A stretch of DNA of 64,000 bases, from the NCBI GenBank assembly GCA_048939995.1, contig JBHLOY010000004.1, forward strand, positions 128,001 to 192,000, in the 5' to 3' direction. Origin of the DNA: Promethearchaeota archaeon. Lineage in GTDB: Archaea; Asgardarchaeota; Lokiarchaeia; Sigyniarchaeales; SOKP01. The notes below the pieces were generated by a model, which did not search any database, was not told the DNA's origin, and was given only the letters and a program-made list of their open reading frames with translations. Numbering within the stretch: the first letter of the stretch is position 1; each line of letters begins with the position of its first letter. The position numbers were made by a program, and so were the translations under genes. Of the stretch, positions 18,364 to 28,287 are shown one piece after another.

Positions 18364-21312
18364 TTACATAGTCTCCCGATATATATCAACAATCTTTTTT
18401 TTACGAACTTTCCTCAATAATAATTTCATACCAATTAACGTGGCTATAATTGAGACCGCATAAATAATGATCATGTTACTTAAGGGAAATATGGGATTAT
18501 TCGGTAAATTAGATAATAAATTTACGGATGAAGACAATAAAAGTCCAGTTAACCACCCAACTAGTACCCCCACAGTTCCACTACTTAGCATTATTATTAA
18601 TGCTTCAATCGTAAATAAATGATTTATTTGTTTTCCTTTTAACCCCAAAGTCCGTATAATACCAATTTCTTTCTTCCTTTCCAAAATTGTAGAGTAAGAA
18701 GATGATAACAATCCAAATAGAGAAATTATAATTGTTGCATCAAGTGTTATGCTAAAAAATGTATTCAATATAGAAAAAAACGATTGTTGTAAGCCTACAG
18801 TACTTTTTAGATCAGTTACTTCAAAATCATAATATGGATTGTAGTTATCTTCGATGAATTCTTGTATTATTCGCGAATTTCTCAAAGCATTAGAGTGGAG
18901 TTTAATAAAAACTTTGTCTAAATAGGGAATGGGAGGAATATTCATAAGATCTAGATAATTATTATGCGAAATCATCACTCCTCCCATATTTGCCATTCCG
19001 CCTGATCTACCAAAATACTCAAAAAATCCTGGCATAGTTGCAGCGACTCCTACAATTCTAAATGTATATATTTCACTTTCATCTCCTCTTTGAACTACCA
19101 ATCTAATGAGATCATTAATAGTTAAATCTAAATTTACTGACAATCCTTCTGAGATAATACAAGTATATCCGATGTTTACTGCAAACAATTGTTCAAAAGA
19201 ACTAATAAGATCGCCTTTAGTAAACTCTATAAAGTTGGTATTTATAGTAGAAGAATATTCCTCGTCGATTCCTAGTAATGTTACTTCTTGAGTAAATAAT
19301 CCTGCATAATCTCCTATTTCTGCTGTGAATTCTTTTCCTTCTACTGAGTATATCTGTGTTAGATGTGCAGGGCTTGCAATGACACTAGAAACTTTTTCAA
19401 CACCATTAATACTTAATAAATCTTCCTCAAAATCAGTAGTTAATATCCTAGTTGGGTCAATAGAATATGCTGCCGTCTGTAGACCAAATGGCCCTCCCTG
19501 ACTTGATTCTTCCTCTTCTTCCCAACCAATTGTTTCTATAACCAAGTCCGAGCCATATGATAAATTTGCTCCGATCTCAACTTGATTCGTAAGAAACTGA
19601 ACTGCTGCTGCTGTAAAAATTACAAATGAAAAAGTAAAAGCAAAAATAATTGTAGTAGTTGCATTTCTTCTTGCATAGCGAAAAATAAATATTTTGTAAA
19701 CAGGAGCTAATTTTTTAGAAAATAAACGAAACACACTAATAAAGAATCTTAACACTATGGGCATTAATCCTAATCCTGCCAATGTTAGTCCGATGAGAAA
19801 AACTATCAATAGTGCGATTAAGATCCCAGACATTAAGACAAAATCTGATGAGATTAATACTCTCGGTATTACAAAGAGTACAAATGCACCATTTATAGCT
19901 AGAATAACGCCCATTATTACTAATTTGTAATTTACTGATGCTTTTTGTTGTAGGTGATAAAGTGTGTCTTCATGCCGGTATGGATGAATTGATTCAATAA
20001 GTTGAAGTTTCATAACTTTTAATGCAGGGGATAAACTAACTATTAATCCAACGATTATACCAATTAAGTATGAAATTAAAATAGACCAAAAACTTATAGA
20101 GAAAGCAAAATTTCCAGCTAAACCGGGGATGCTTTCAGCAGCAACTCCTTCTGCAATAGGAACTATAATGAATTGAGTTGCCAGATAGGCTCCAAGAATC
20201 CCGGATATTGTTCCAAAATTACATAACAATAATCCTTGAACGAATACAATAGATAAATTATATTTTTTAGTAGCCCCAAGCGTTCTAAATATCCCAAATT
20301 CTCTGATTCTCTCCTCTACGGAGGTTTGCAGCAATCCATTAATTAACACACCAGATATCAGCATTGCTATCATCGACACGAATACAAAAATAATGGTAAT
20401 TCCAACACTTAAAATTTCTGAGAATCCAAGTATTTCTAATTTAGGTAGTTCTATATTATATGGATTTATTCCTATAAGTAACCGAACATCTCCTGCAATT
20501 TCTCTAACTCGATCTTTAGATGCACTTAAATCACGTGCATCGTAAAATTCATTTCCATTTTTAAAAGTCATTATTAATTCATTGCATCTTCCTTGAAATT
20601 CTGAACCGAAAATAGAATAAATAGTCTCAATATCAACAACCATTAAAGGTTGATTGGAATAATATAGGGGGAATTTCAAGTTAAAATCAAAAACAGAGTT
20701 AATAGTGAGATTTTGCGTCCTATAATAAGATTGATTCCCATGTCTTAGCCTCATTCGAATCTCAATTGTATCATTTTCTGCATATTTGATAATATCATTA
20801 AATTTGTAATAAATAGCGCAATGATTTAAGGGTAAAGCTGATATATCTAATAGTTGGGTTGTTTCAGGCTGTACAAAAGCTCCAAAATTTATCTGATTTT
20901 CTAAAGTAAAATTAATACCTACTAAAAATACAGAACTTATTTCATTGGTAAGATCTGGTGATTCTTTACTTACTGAAATATTTGTATTACCCCATAAATT
21001 CATCCGTGGAATAAAATTGCCAATTTGGGGGAAATCCTGTTTTATAGAATCAACTAAAGGATTATATTCAAAATAATTAGATCGATCCTTAGGTTCTCCA
21101 ATATAATGTCTTACAGTAACTTTCATATCCGCGTTTCCAGCATCGATCGCCATATAATCTACATAAGTCACCGCAATAGAATCAGATAAAAATAGGACTA
21201 TCGCTAATAGACCCACCGAAATCATTACTCCAATAATACCGACGGAGGTTCTTACTTTTTGTTTTCCTAAATCTTTTAATGCGTATTTAAAAACTGTTTT
21301 AATTTTTGGCAT
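18364..21312 (-). CDS. Type VII ABC (MacB/FtsX-like) permease with two fused FtsX units; paralog of 6716-9682
   Basis: EERIREFGIFRTLGA and LERKKEIGIIRTLG; shares YGSDLV and PGFF...GGVM.S..NY..LMN with the other permease. Confidence 0.9.
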   Translation of the reverse strand: MPKIKTVFKYALKDLGKQKVRTSVGIIGVMISVGLLAIVLFLSDSIAVTYVDYMAIDAGNADMKVTVRHYIGEPKDRSNYFEYNPLVDSIKQDFPQIGNFIPRMNLWGNTNISVSKESPDLTNEISSVFLVGINFTLENQINFGAFVQPETTQLLDISALPLNHCAIYYKFNDIIKYAENDTIEIRMRLRHGNQSYYRTQNLTINSVFDFNLKFPLYYSNQPLMVVDIETIYSIFGSEFQGRCNELIMTFKNGNEFYDARDLSASKDRVREIAGDVRLLIGINPYNIELPKLEILGFSEILSVGITIIFVFVSMIAMLISGVLINGLLQTSVEERIREFGIFRTLGATKKYNLSIVFVQGLLLCNFGTISGILGAYLATQFIIVPIAEGVAAESIPGLAGNFAFSISFWSILISYLIGIIVGLIVSLSPALKVMKLQLIESIHPYRHEDTLYHLQQKASVNYKLVIMGVILAINGAFVLFVIPRVLISSDFVLMSGILIALLIVFLIGLTLAGLGLMPIVLRFFISVFRLFSKKLAPVYKIFIFRYARRNATTTIIFAFTFSFVIFTAAAVQFLTNQVEIGANLSYGSDLVIETIGWEEEEESSQGGPFGLQTAAYSIDPTRILTTDFEEDLLSINGVEKVSSVIASPAHLTQIYSVEGKEFTAEIGDYAGLFTQEVTLLGIDEEYSSTINTNFIEFTKGDLISSFEQLFAVNIGYTCIISEGLSVNLDLTINDLIRLVVQRGDESEIYTFRIVGVAATMPGFFEYFGRSGGMANMGGVMISHNNYLDLMNIPPIPYLDKVFIKLHSNALRNSRIIQEFIEDNYNPYYDFEVTDLKSTVGLQQSFFSILNTFFSITLDATIIISLFGLLSSSYSTILERKKEIGIIRTLGLKGKQINHLFTIEALIIMLSSGTVGVLVGWLTGLLLSSSVNLLSNLPNNPIFPLSNMIIIYAVSIIATLIGMKLLLRKVRKKKIVDIYRETM

Positions 21313-21348
21313 TTATCATGAAATTTTATAAATAAAATTCATATTCAA

Positions 21349-22527
21349 TTAAAGAAAGGTGAGTATTTCTCCTTGCACATTTCCATCAATATTGTTTTCT
21401 TTTAATAGTTCTACCAGAATGTCATTAAAATGTTCTGGTAAATTCATAATAATTTGTGATGGGATGGTACTCTTTATATCATCCAATCGTATCTCAGATT
21501 TACCTTGATTAGCAAATAAATACTTAAAAATCAGGGTTTTACACTTTTCTTTGTTAACTTCAGCATCGTATTTTCTTCTTGTTTCTATCGCCTCAGTTTC
21601 TTTCAAGCCCCCAACTTTACCCTCATGAGTTAACTTTCCATCTCTCATATGAAAAACCCTTGTAGCAAACTCAGAAACAGCAGCATCATGGCTTACTGCT
21701 ACAAACGTTGCGCCTCGTTTATTTAAGTCTCTAAGAAGATTTAAGATCATTACTCCTGTCTTACTATCGAGATCTCCTGTAGGTTCATCTAAAATCACTA
21801 TGGCAGGGTCATTTGCAAAGGCTCTAGCTATAGCAACTCTCTGTTGTTCACCACCTGACAGTTCTGAAGGAGTATGATGGGCTCTTTCTTCAAGTTCAAC
21901 CAATCTTAATAAATCAAGAGCTTTCTTTCTCTTACCTCTTCTACTTAACTTACCAGAAAAATGTAAAGGAACCATAACGTTTTCTAAAGCGGTCATTTGA
22001 GGTAAAAGATTATAGAATTGGAATACGAAACCAATTCTCTCTTTCCTAATATCTGCTAAATCATTATCATTTAACATAGATATATTACGGCCCTCTAAGA
22101 AAATCTTACCTCTCGTTGGTGTATCAAGTCCTCCGATTAGATTTAGTAAAGTAGTTTTTCCACTTCCGCTTGGACCCATTATATCTATAAAATCTCCTTT
22201 ATCTATAATCAGATCTACACCTCTCAGCGCTGCTACAGCGGTTTTGCCTAGTAAGTAAGTTTTATGAAGATTCTCAGCAATTATTAAATGATCATAATCC
22301 TTTCCGAGTTCTCGTCCATGTTTGATATCCTCTTTTAGTTTCCTTTTTTCTACACGAGAGAGTGCTAAAGAATCTAGTTTTTGACTTTTTATCTCATCTT
22401 TTTGTTTCTTTTGCTGCCATTTTTTAAAAGCCTTACTTACTCTTCCTTTCCAAATCGCTAATTTGCCTGTTTCTTCTTCATATTCATCCATCTCAGCCGT
22501 TTTTTCTATAATCGAATTTTCAGACAT
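21349..22527 (-). CDS. ABC ATP-binding protein, LolD/MacB family, with N- and C-terminal extensions
   Basis: GPSGSGKTT, IGFVFQFYNL, LSGGEQQRVAIARA, ILDEPTGDLD, VSHD. Confidence 0.95.
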   Translation of the reverse strand: MSENSIIEKTAEMDEYEEETGKLAIWKGRVSKAFKKWQQKKQKDEIKSQKLDSLALSRVEKRKLKEDIKHGRELGKDYDHLIIAENLHKTYLLGKTAVAALRGVDLIIDKGDFIDIMGPSGSGKTTLLNLIGGLDTPTRGKIFLEGRNISMLNDNDLADIRKERIGFVFQFYNLLPQMTALENVMVPLHFSGKLSRRGKRKKALDLLRLVELEERAHHTPSELSGGEQQRVAIARAFANDPAIVILDEPTGDLDSKTGVMILNLLRDLNKRGATFVAVSHDAAVSEFATRVFHMRDGKLTHEGKVGGLKETEAIETRRKYDAEVNKEKCKTLIFKYLFANQGKSEIRLDDIKSTIPSQIIMNLPEHFNDILVELLKENNIDGNVQGEILTFL

Positions 22528-22777
22528 GATTTTTTACCCATAACAAATAATTTTCGATGATACAACTAATTTTAAATATTAATATAATCTTATAGTGAAA
22601 TTTTGTTATCTTCTTTTTTCTCTATCCTTAGATTTAACTGAATACTTTTAATTTTTTAAATATTCAGATTCTAATTGATTAGAACATTAAACCTTTATCT
22701 TTATTTTAAAAAGATAAATAACTAAGTTTAATAAAAGTATGAATTATTGAAAATTTTTTGATTTTTGGATGGACTTC

Positions 22778-23518
22778 TTAGGTTTGTTTCAAGAATTTAA
22801 GAATCTTCTCACTTAATTCTTTTTCTGCATCTTTTTTAGTCTTAAACCTACTGGAATTCAACTCAGATGGAACAATAATTACTTGTTTATTATTATGATC
22901 TAAAATTTTAGGATTCTTTGCAATCCACTGAAGATCATGGTCGGGCCCTAATTTTTCATATTCAAATTCAATTATGGGAGTAAATTTCAATTTATTTTGC
23001 AAAAATTCTAGCAATTCATTCTTTGAAAAGTCAATAGACTCCTCGATAAAGATATTCCAGTCTTTTATAAATCTATCAATAATTTTTTGCTCTACAGCCT
23101 TTAAATCATAGCCCGAGTCGATATATAACGCTCCGCAGATCGCTTCAAATACATCTGCGGGAATAGAAGTGTCTTTAATATTTTGATGATTCGAGGAAAA
23201 AATGTAATATTCTAAGTTCATAATTGAAGCAATTTTCGAAAAGGTACGATTACTCTCTAGACACTGTTTAATCTTAGTTAATTTACCCGGATCAACCTCC
23301 CCTTCATTATAGATTTTTAAACTAAAAATCAATTTTATTACAGCATCTCCCAGAGTCTCTAAAATTTCATAATTAGGTAAATCATTTTCATTTCCAAATT
23401 GCGGTGTGCTTAGTGCTTGAAACAAGATTTTATGATCCTTAAATTTATAATTGATAAATTTTTGGAATTTACTTAATTTTTGTTTAGTTTGATGATTCAT
23501 ACTGCTCCTTATATTCAA
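22778..23518 (-). CDS. rnc: Ribonuclease III with dsRNA-binding domain (likely start ATG 23500)
   Basis: YEILETLGDAVI (ERLEFLGD-like), ADVFEAICGALYIDSG, C-terminal dsRBD (KNELLEFLQ..GPDH..KKDAE). Confidence 0.88.
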   Translation of the reverse strand: MNIRSSMNHQTKQKLSKFQKFINYKFKDHKILFQALSTPQFGNENDLPNYEILETLGDAVIKLIFSLKIYNEGEVDPGKLTKIKQCLESNRTFSKIASIMNLEYYIFSSNHQNIKDTSIPADVFEAICGALYIDSGYDLKAVEQKIIDRFIKDWNIFIEESIDFSKNELLEFLQNKLKFTPIIEFEYEKLGPDHDLQWIAKNPKILDHNNKQVIIVPSELNSSRFKTKKDAEKELSEKILKFLKQT

Positions 23519-23560
23519 ATTAAGAAAAATTTAAAAATTTAAATAAAAGTAATTTATTAT

Positions 23561-23983
23561 ATGGAAAATGATAAGCTTAAAGAAACCTTATCAAAAATTA
23601 AATTAATTGATCAGAAGAATTTAGAAATAGAAAAAGCTCTTTCTGAACTGCCAATTTTAAGCAGGAATGATATGCTCATTGAAATAACAAACGATATTAT
23701 TAAACAACATAAGATTTTACAAGAAGAGGGATATTCAAAGGAGATGTGTGCATCTGAAACTGCAGATATGGATTCTATCTCAATTATTCTTGATACATTG
23801 ATTTTAGATATTAAAAAAACTCCATCTAAAAAGATACTATATTTAAGATCATTTCTGGATAAATTTCATGAAATCAATGAACAGGATAAAAATGTAATTA
23901 TACAGTCTATTCAAGATGAAAATCTAGAAAAGTTGAAAGAGAAGTTACTCTCTATAATGAATGTATTTAAAATAGAAATTTAA
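23561..23983 (+). CDS. Hypothetical helical protein
   Basis: 140-aa ORF filling the gap between genes; no motif recognised. Confidence 0.6.
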   Translation: MENDKLKETLSKIKLIDQKNLEIEKALSELPILSRNDMLIEITNDIIKQHKILQEEGYSKEMCASETADMDSISIILDTLILDIKKTPSKKILYLRSFLDKFHEINEQDKNVIIQSIQDENLEKLKEKLLSIMNVFKIEI

Positions 23984-24008
23984 AAAATAGTGTAAATTTC
24001 CAATACTT

Positions 24009-24404
24009 CTAATACTTAAACAATTCTAGTAGAACTAAAACTTTCTTAATTCCCCTAATTTTAATTCTACCTGTTAGAATTTTTCCAATGATACTACCCA
24101 TTGAAACGCTGTCTCCACCTAATAAGTCTACGAACACTTGTGTTTTTGCTTGTAATAAACCATCCCAGCCAACTTTCTTTTTCTCTATATTTTCTTTTGG
24201 CTGGTTTTCAATTGCCTCAACAAAAATCCTTCCTTTATCGATAATTAATAACGCAGCAATTTTTCCATCTTTAGCATTTAAAAGAATTTTAAGTTCTTTT
24301 TCCTTAAAATCTTCCTTAAACTTCTCAATACTATTTAAAGGTTCCACTTGTTTACTTACTATTCCAGCAAAACCCTTTAACCTCTTCTTCTTTTCTTCGG
24401 TCAT
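24009..24404 (-). CDS. SCP2 (sterol carrier)-like lipid-binding protein
   Basis: Beta-strand pattern and C-terminal 'FVDLLGG...KILTGRIKIRG' typical of the SCP2 fold. Confidence 0.55.
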   Translation of the reverse strand: MTEEKKKRLKGFAGIVSKQVEPLNSIEKFKEDFKEKELKILLNAKDGKIAALLIIDKGRIFVEAIENQPKENIEKKKVGWDGLLQAKTQVFVDLLGGDSVSMGSIIGKILTGRIKIRGIKKVLVLLELFKY

Positions 24405-24566
24405 AAAAATCAGTTTATAAAATTTTAGCTAGAAGATTACTTCAATTAATTTATTAAACTTATTTTATTTTAAAGGTTTAAATTTTAATTAATTTTTTGG
24501 ATATTTTATAACAAAACTAGGAAGAAGATACAGACTAATTATACACAAATCCCCTAATTTATAACA

Positions 24567-24821
24567 CTAATACCCATCAGCTTCAGTAATATCGAAAAGA
24601 TCCTCGTAGGCTTTACGTTCTCGCTCTGAAATTCTTTCTCCTTTCAACCCTTCCTTTATAATAATTGGTGCGACTTCTTTCTCATCATGTTTAATCGATT
24701 TGACTAATTTGTAATCCTCTGGTGAATTAGTATCTAAATCGAATTCTTGGTTGCATGCCTTGCAAAACAATTTTTTATTTTTGGGGATTAATATATTGTC
24801 GCAGTTGGGGCAAAATCTCAT
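24567..24821 (-). CDS. TFS/RpoM-like protein with N-terminal Zn ribbon only
   Basis: MRFCPNCDNILIP...LFCKAC (RpoM/RPB9/TFS N-ribbon); no C-terminal ribbon. Confidence 0.7.
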   Translation of the reverse strand: MRFCPNCDNILIPKNKKLFCKACNQEFDLDTNSPEDYKLVKSIKHDEKEVAPIIIKEGLKGERISERERKAYEDLFDITEADGY

Positions 24822-25120
24822 TACTCAGTAATTCACCTTTTTATGCTTTAAAAACTTTACTCTTTGGTTCAAATTTAATATCCAGAAATATAGAAAATAA
24901 TGTTGATATATAAATTTATTGGAAACCAATAAAATTGTGACTCAATAAAATATATAAACTTCTCTATTACAAGATGATTGTATTATTAATTCTTTGATAA
25001 TCCTATAAACTCAAAAACACTAATTGACAGCTCTATTTTATCATAAATACCTATTTAAGTAAAACTATTTAAAAATTGGTAGATTTTTCATCTTAATGGA
25101 TATAAGGGATATTATAAAAA

Positions 25121-25840
25121 ATGGAAGAACGTAAACCACAAATCCTAGTTATAGGACATAAAGGCGCGAGTAAAGTTAAACCAGAGAATACTTTAATTGC
25201 TTTTCAGAAAGCCATAGAACTTCAAGCCAACTATATTGAATTTGATATTCAAGCATCTAAAGATGGCAAAATCGTTGTGTTTCACGACTATGATATCTTA
25301 AGAATTACTGGCTTGGAAGGGAATGTCGATGAGATGACCTTGGAAGAATTAAAAAAATTAAACGTTGGAGAAGGGGAACAAATCCCAACTTTAGAAGAAG
25401 TAATTGAATTAACAAATAAAAAAATTGGGTTGCAAATTGAAATAAAGTGTGAATATATTGGAGAGAAAGTTGTAGAAATGTTAAGGAATGCAGATCTTAT
25501 TGAATCAAGTATTGTTAGTTCATTTATTCACAATGAATTATTAAGAATTCAGAAGCTGGAACCTAAATTAAAACTGGGAGCCCTAATTTCTGAGAGAGTA
25601 TCAGATCCTAAAGACTTAAAAAAAGCAACTAAAAGAGTAATTAAAAAAAAGTTTTATGCTGTTCATCCATATTTTGCGGGTGTGGATCAAAAATTAGTGA
25701 ATTATGCTCATGTTAATGGTTTAAAAGTTAATGTTTGGACTGTAAATGAAAGGAACGATATTGAAAGACTTATCGCTTTCGGAGTCGATGGAATAATAAC
25801 CGATGATATTCAACTAACAAAGGAATTGTTAGGACGTTAG
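25121..25840 (+). CDS. Glycerophosphodiester phosphodiesterase
   Basis: GHKGAS..PENTL.AF, IEFDI, VVFHD, IPTLEE, EIK, WTVN, VDGIITD. Confidence 0.93.
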   Translation: MEERKPQILVIGHKGASKVKPENTLIAFQKAIELQANYIEFDIQASKDGKIVVFHDYDILRITGLEGNVDEMTLEELKKLNVGEGEQIPTLEEVIELTNKKIGLQIEIKCEYIGEKVVEMLRNADLIESSIVSSFIHNELLRIQKLEPKLKLGALISERVSDPKDLKKATKRVIKKKFYAVHPYFAGVDQKLVNYAHVNGLKVNVWTVNERNDIERLIAFGVDGIITDDIQLTKELLGR

Positions 25841-25926
25841 AAGTTTTTCTATTTAAAAAAATATTTTAGGTGTAGATTATTATCTCCTTTTAATTCAAAT
25901 AAAATAGTCTTCTTTCTTATATTATA

Positions 25927-27423
25927 ATGTTGGATTTTAAAGAATCAATCTTAAAGAAATTTAAACCTTTATTTTATCCGAGAGCTATAGGAATCATAGG
26001 GGCATCATACAATCCTGCAGGAGGGGGCTATTTTGTTGAAATTATGAAGAATCGATTTAAAAATCCTATTTATGTATTTAATCCTCGTATAAAAGGTCAA
26101 AAACTCTTTGGATTAGAAGTCTATGGTTCAATTTTAGAGATTCCAGAAAACAAACCAATTGATTATGTAATTATCGGGGTCCCTGCACAATTAGTTCCAA
26201 GTGTGTTGATAGAGGTAGGTCAGAAAAAAGTGCCTTTTGTGACTATTTTTACCTCTGGGTTCTCTGAAGCTGGTAATGAAAATCTTGAGAAAGAGGTTTT
26301 AAATATAGCGAAATTATATGATATTCGTATTATTGGCCCTAATTGTTTAGGAATTTACAATCCTGAAGCCGGATTATATATTGGGCGAGCCCAGTCAAAA
26401 AAAGCTGGAAATTTTGGTGCTGTGTTACAATCAGGAGGCCTAGCAGTAAATGTAGCTCAATTAGCTGATGCTTATGGGGTCGAAGTTTCTAAAATGGTAT
26501 CTATTGGAAATGCAATCGATTTAAGCTATCCTGATTTTTTAGAATACTTCTTGTATGATAATCGAACTGCTATTGTAGGGTTATACCTTGAAAATCTTAA
26601 GAGTCGAAAAAATGGACGAAAATTTATGAAAACAGCAAAAGATTGTAATCTAAATCGCAAACCAGTCATACTATGGAGAGCTGGATATGGTGAAGCTACA
26701 AGAAAAGCAATTATGTCTCACACAGGAGGTTTAGCAGGTAACAATAAGATATGGGAAGCTGTTGCTAAACAAACTGGATGTCTCCTCGTGAATAACTCTG
26801 TAGAACTGGCAGCTTTAGCATCTGCTTTTAAACTAATTCATTTACCAAGTTCTAGGAATATTGGCTTAATTGGAATTGGAGGAGGATCCACTATAGAAGC
26901 AGGAGATACACTAGAAAAGTATGATCTAAAAATTCCTAAATTGACAGAAAAAACTATTAACAAAATGGGACGTTTCTTAAATGAAGTAAATACTAATTTT
27001 GCAAATCCTATTGATCTAGGGGCTCAAGGGGCATTACCGCATATATATTATCGTACAATATTAACTTTAGATAAAGATCCAAACATTTCTGCTATAATTT
27101 TTGTCAAAGACCCAGAACGATTTAAAAATTTGGAAGATTCTCTTGTAGGCAAATTGGGATTTGAAAAAGGGACCGATTTAAATAAATTATTTATCACTTA
27201 TATAGGAAAAGCAAAAAGAATTTGCACTAAACCAATGGTTTGTGTAATGTTGAAGATTTCAGAGGGTTTTGAGGAATATAAGAGTCGCTATAAATTTAAG
27301 CTTAGATTGCTTAATAGGAATGTGCCTGTTTTTGAGAATTTTGATCTTGCTGGAAAAGTACTTGATAGTATGAATAAGTATAGAGAATTTTTACAAAAAT
27401 ACGGAAAATATCCAAAGTATTAG
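25927..27423 (+). CDS. ADP-forming acyl-CoA synthetase alpha subunit (AcdA-like)
   Basis: IIGAS CoA-binding domain, TSGFSE, RIIGPNCLG, QSGG, SIGNAID, catalytic SHTG, NPIDL. Confidence 0.88.
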   Translation: MLDFKESILKKFKPLFYPRAIGIIGASYNPAGGGYFVEIMKNRFKNPIYVFNPRIKGQKLFGLEVYGSILEIPENKPIDYVIIGVPAQLVPSVLIEVGQKKVPFVTIFTSGFSEAGNENLEKEVLNIAKLYDIRIIGPNCLGIYNPEAGLYIGRAQSKKAGNFGAVLQSGGLAVNVAQLADAYGVEVSKMVSIGNAIDLSYPDFLEYFLYDNRTAIVGLYLENLKSRKNGRKFMKTAKDCNLNRKPVILWRAGYGEATRKAIMSHTGGLAGNNKIWEAVAKQTGCLLVNNSVELAALASAFKLIHLPSSRNIGLIGIGGGSTIEAGDTLEKYDLKIPKLTEKTINKMGRFLNEVNTNFANPIDLGAQGALPHIYYRTILTLDKDPNISAIIFVKDPERFKNLEDSLVGKLGFEKGTDLNKLFITYIGKAKRICTKPMVCVMLKISEGFEEYKSRYKFKLRLLNRNVPVFENFDLAGKVLDSMNKYREFLQKYGKYPKY

Positions 27424-28226
27424 TTTTCTTGATTTTTTAGATGTTTAATTTCTATTGGACGTCCTGGACTACCTTGATAATAAAGTTTTCCCGGTTCACC
27501 TCTCCAATTTTTATGTAAAACTGTATTTGGAAATATAACGCTATTGTCCATCGTAAGAGCATTTGGACCTGCGATATCTCCTGGATAAAAAGTTGTATTT
27601 TTACCAATCTTTATCTCCATCATAGTAATTTTTCCGAAAATTGTATTTACTGCATGAGAAGATAATCCTGATGATGGATAAAAAAACACATTGTCTCCTA
27701 AATCAGTAAACTCTAAACCTACATATCCATTGCAGTAAATTACATTCTTTCCGATTTTATTATGACCAATTCTTCTTAGAGTCCGATTAACCAGCCATGG
27801 AAATGGTGATTTTGAAGTTAGCCACATAGGGAACTTTATAATAAATCCTCTTTTATGATAATATTTTATCATTTTTCCTTCAGGACTATTATGATCATCA
27901 AGAATCCGAGCAAAAACACCTTGTTGTGGAGGAGATTTTTTATTCCAACGTCTCGTCCATAAAGCACTAAATTCAATTATTAGAATAAGATAAATATAAT
28001 ATATCAGAAATAAAAATCCAGGAAGAATTATAATATGAAATATACTATAGAAACCAAAAACCAATTTAATAAAACCATATTCAAATAAAAGAAAGAGACC
28101 CAGACATGCGTATAACGGGACTAGGAAGCTAATTAAATTTATTTTAACAAAGTCTAATGCTGGAAGTTTTACAACTTTCTTATCTTCTTGTTCTATTGAG
28201 TTTTTAAGATCTTTTGTATTATCCAT
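27420..28226 (-). CDS. Membrane protein with left-handed beta-helix (acyltransferase-like) domain
   Basis: Two N-terminal TM segments; IGKNV/LGDNV/IKIGKNT hexapeptides; C-terminal GSPGRPI. Confidence 0.6.
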   Translation of the reverse strand: MDNTKDLKNSIEQEDKKVVKLPALDFVKINLISFLVPLYACLGLFLLFEYGFIKLVFGFYSIFHIIILPGFLFLIYYIYLILIIEFSALWTRRWNKKSPPQQGVFARILDDHNSPEGKMIKYYHKRGFIIKFPMWLTSKSPFPWLVNRTLRRIGHNKIGKNVIYCNGYVGLEFTDLGDNVFFYPSSGLSSHAVNTIFGKITMMEIKIGKNTTFYPGDIAGPNALTMDNSVIFPNTVLHKNWRGEPGKLYYQGSPGRPIEIKHLKNQEN

Positions 28227-28287
28227 AATATTACTATTGATAATTGATTATAAAAAATTATTTAGAAGGATACTTTTTACTTAACAT

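Noticed and set aside
24480-24569. Stop read-through restoring the TFS C-terminal ribbon
   Set aside because: The sequence after the TAG (CYKLGDLCIIS...) has no CxxC or ADE motif
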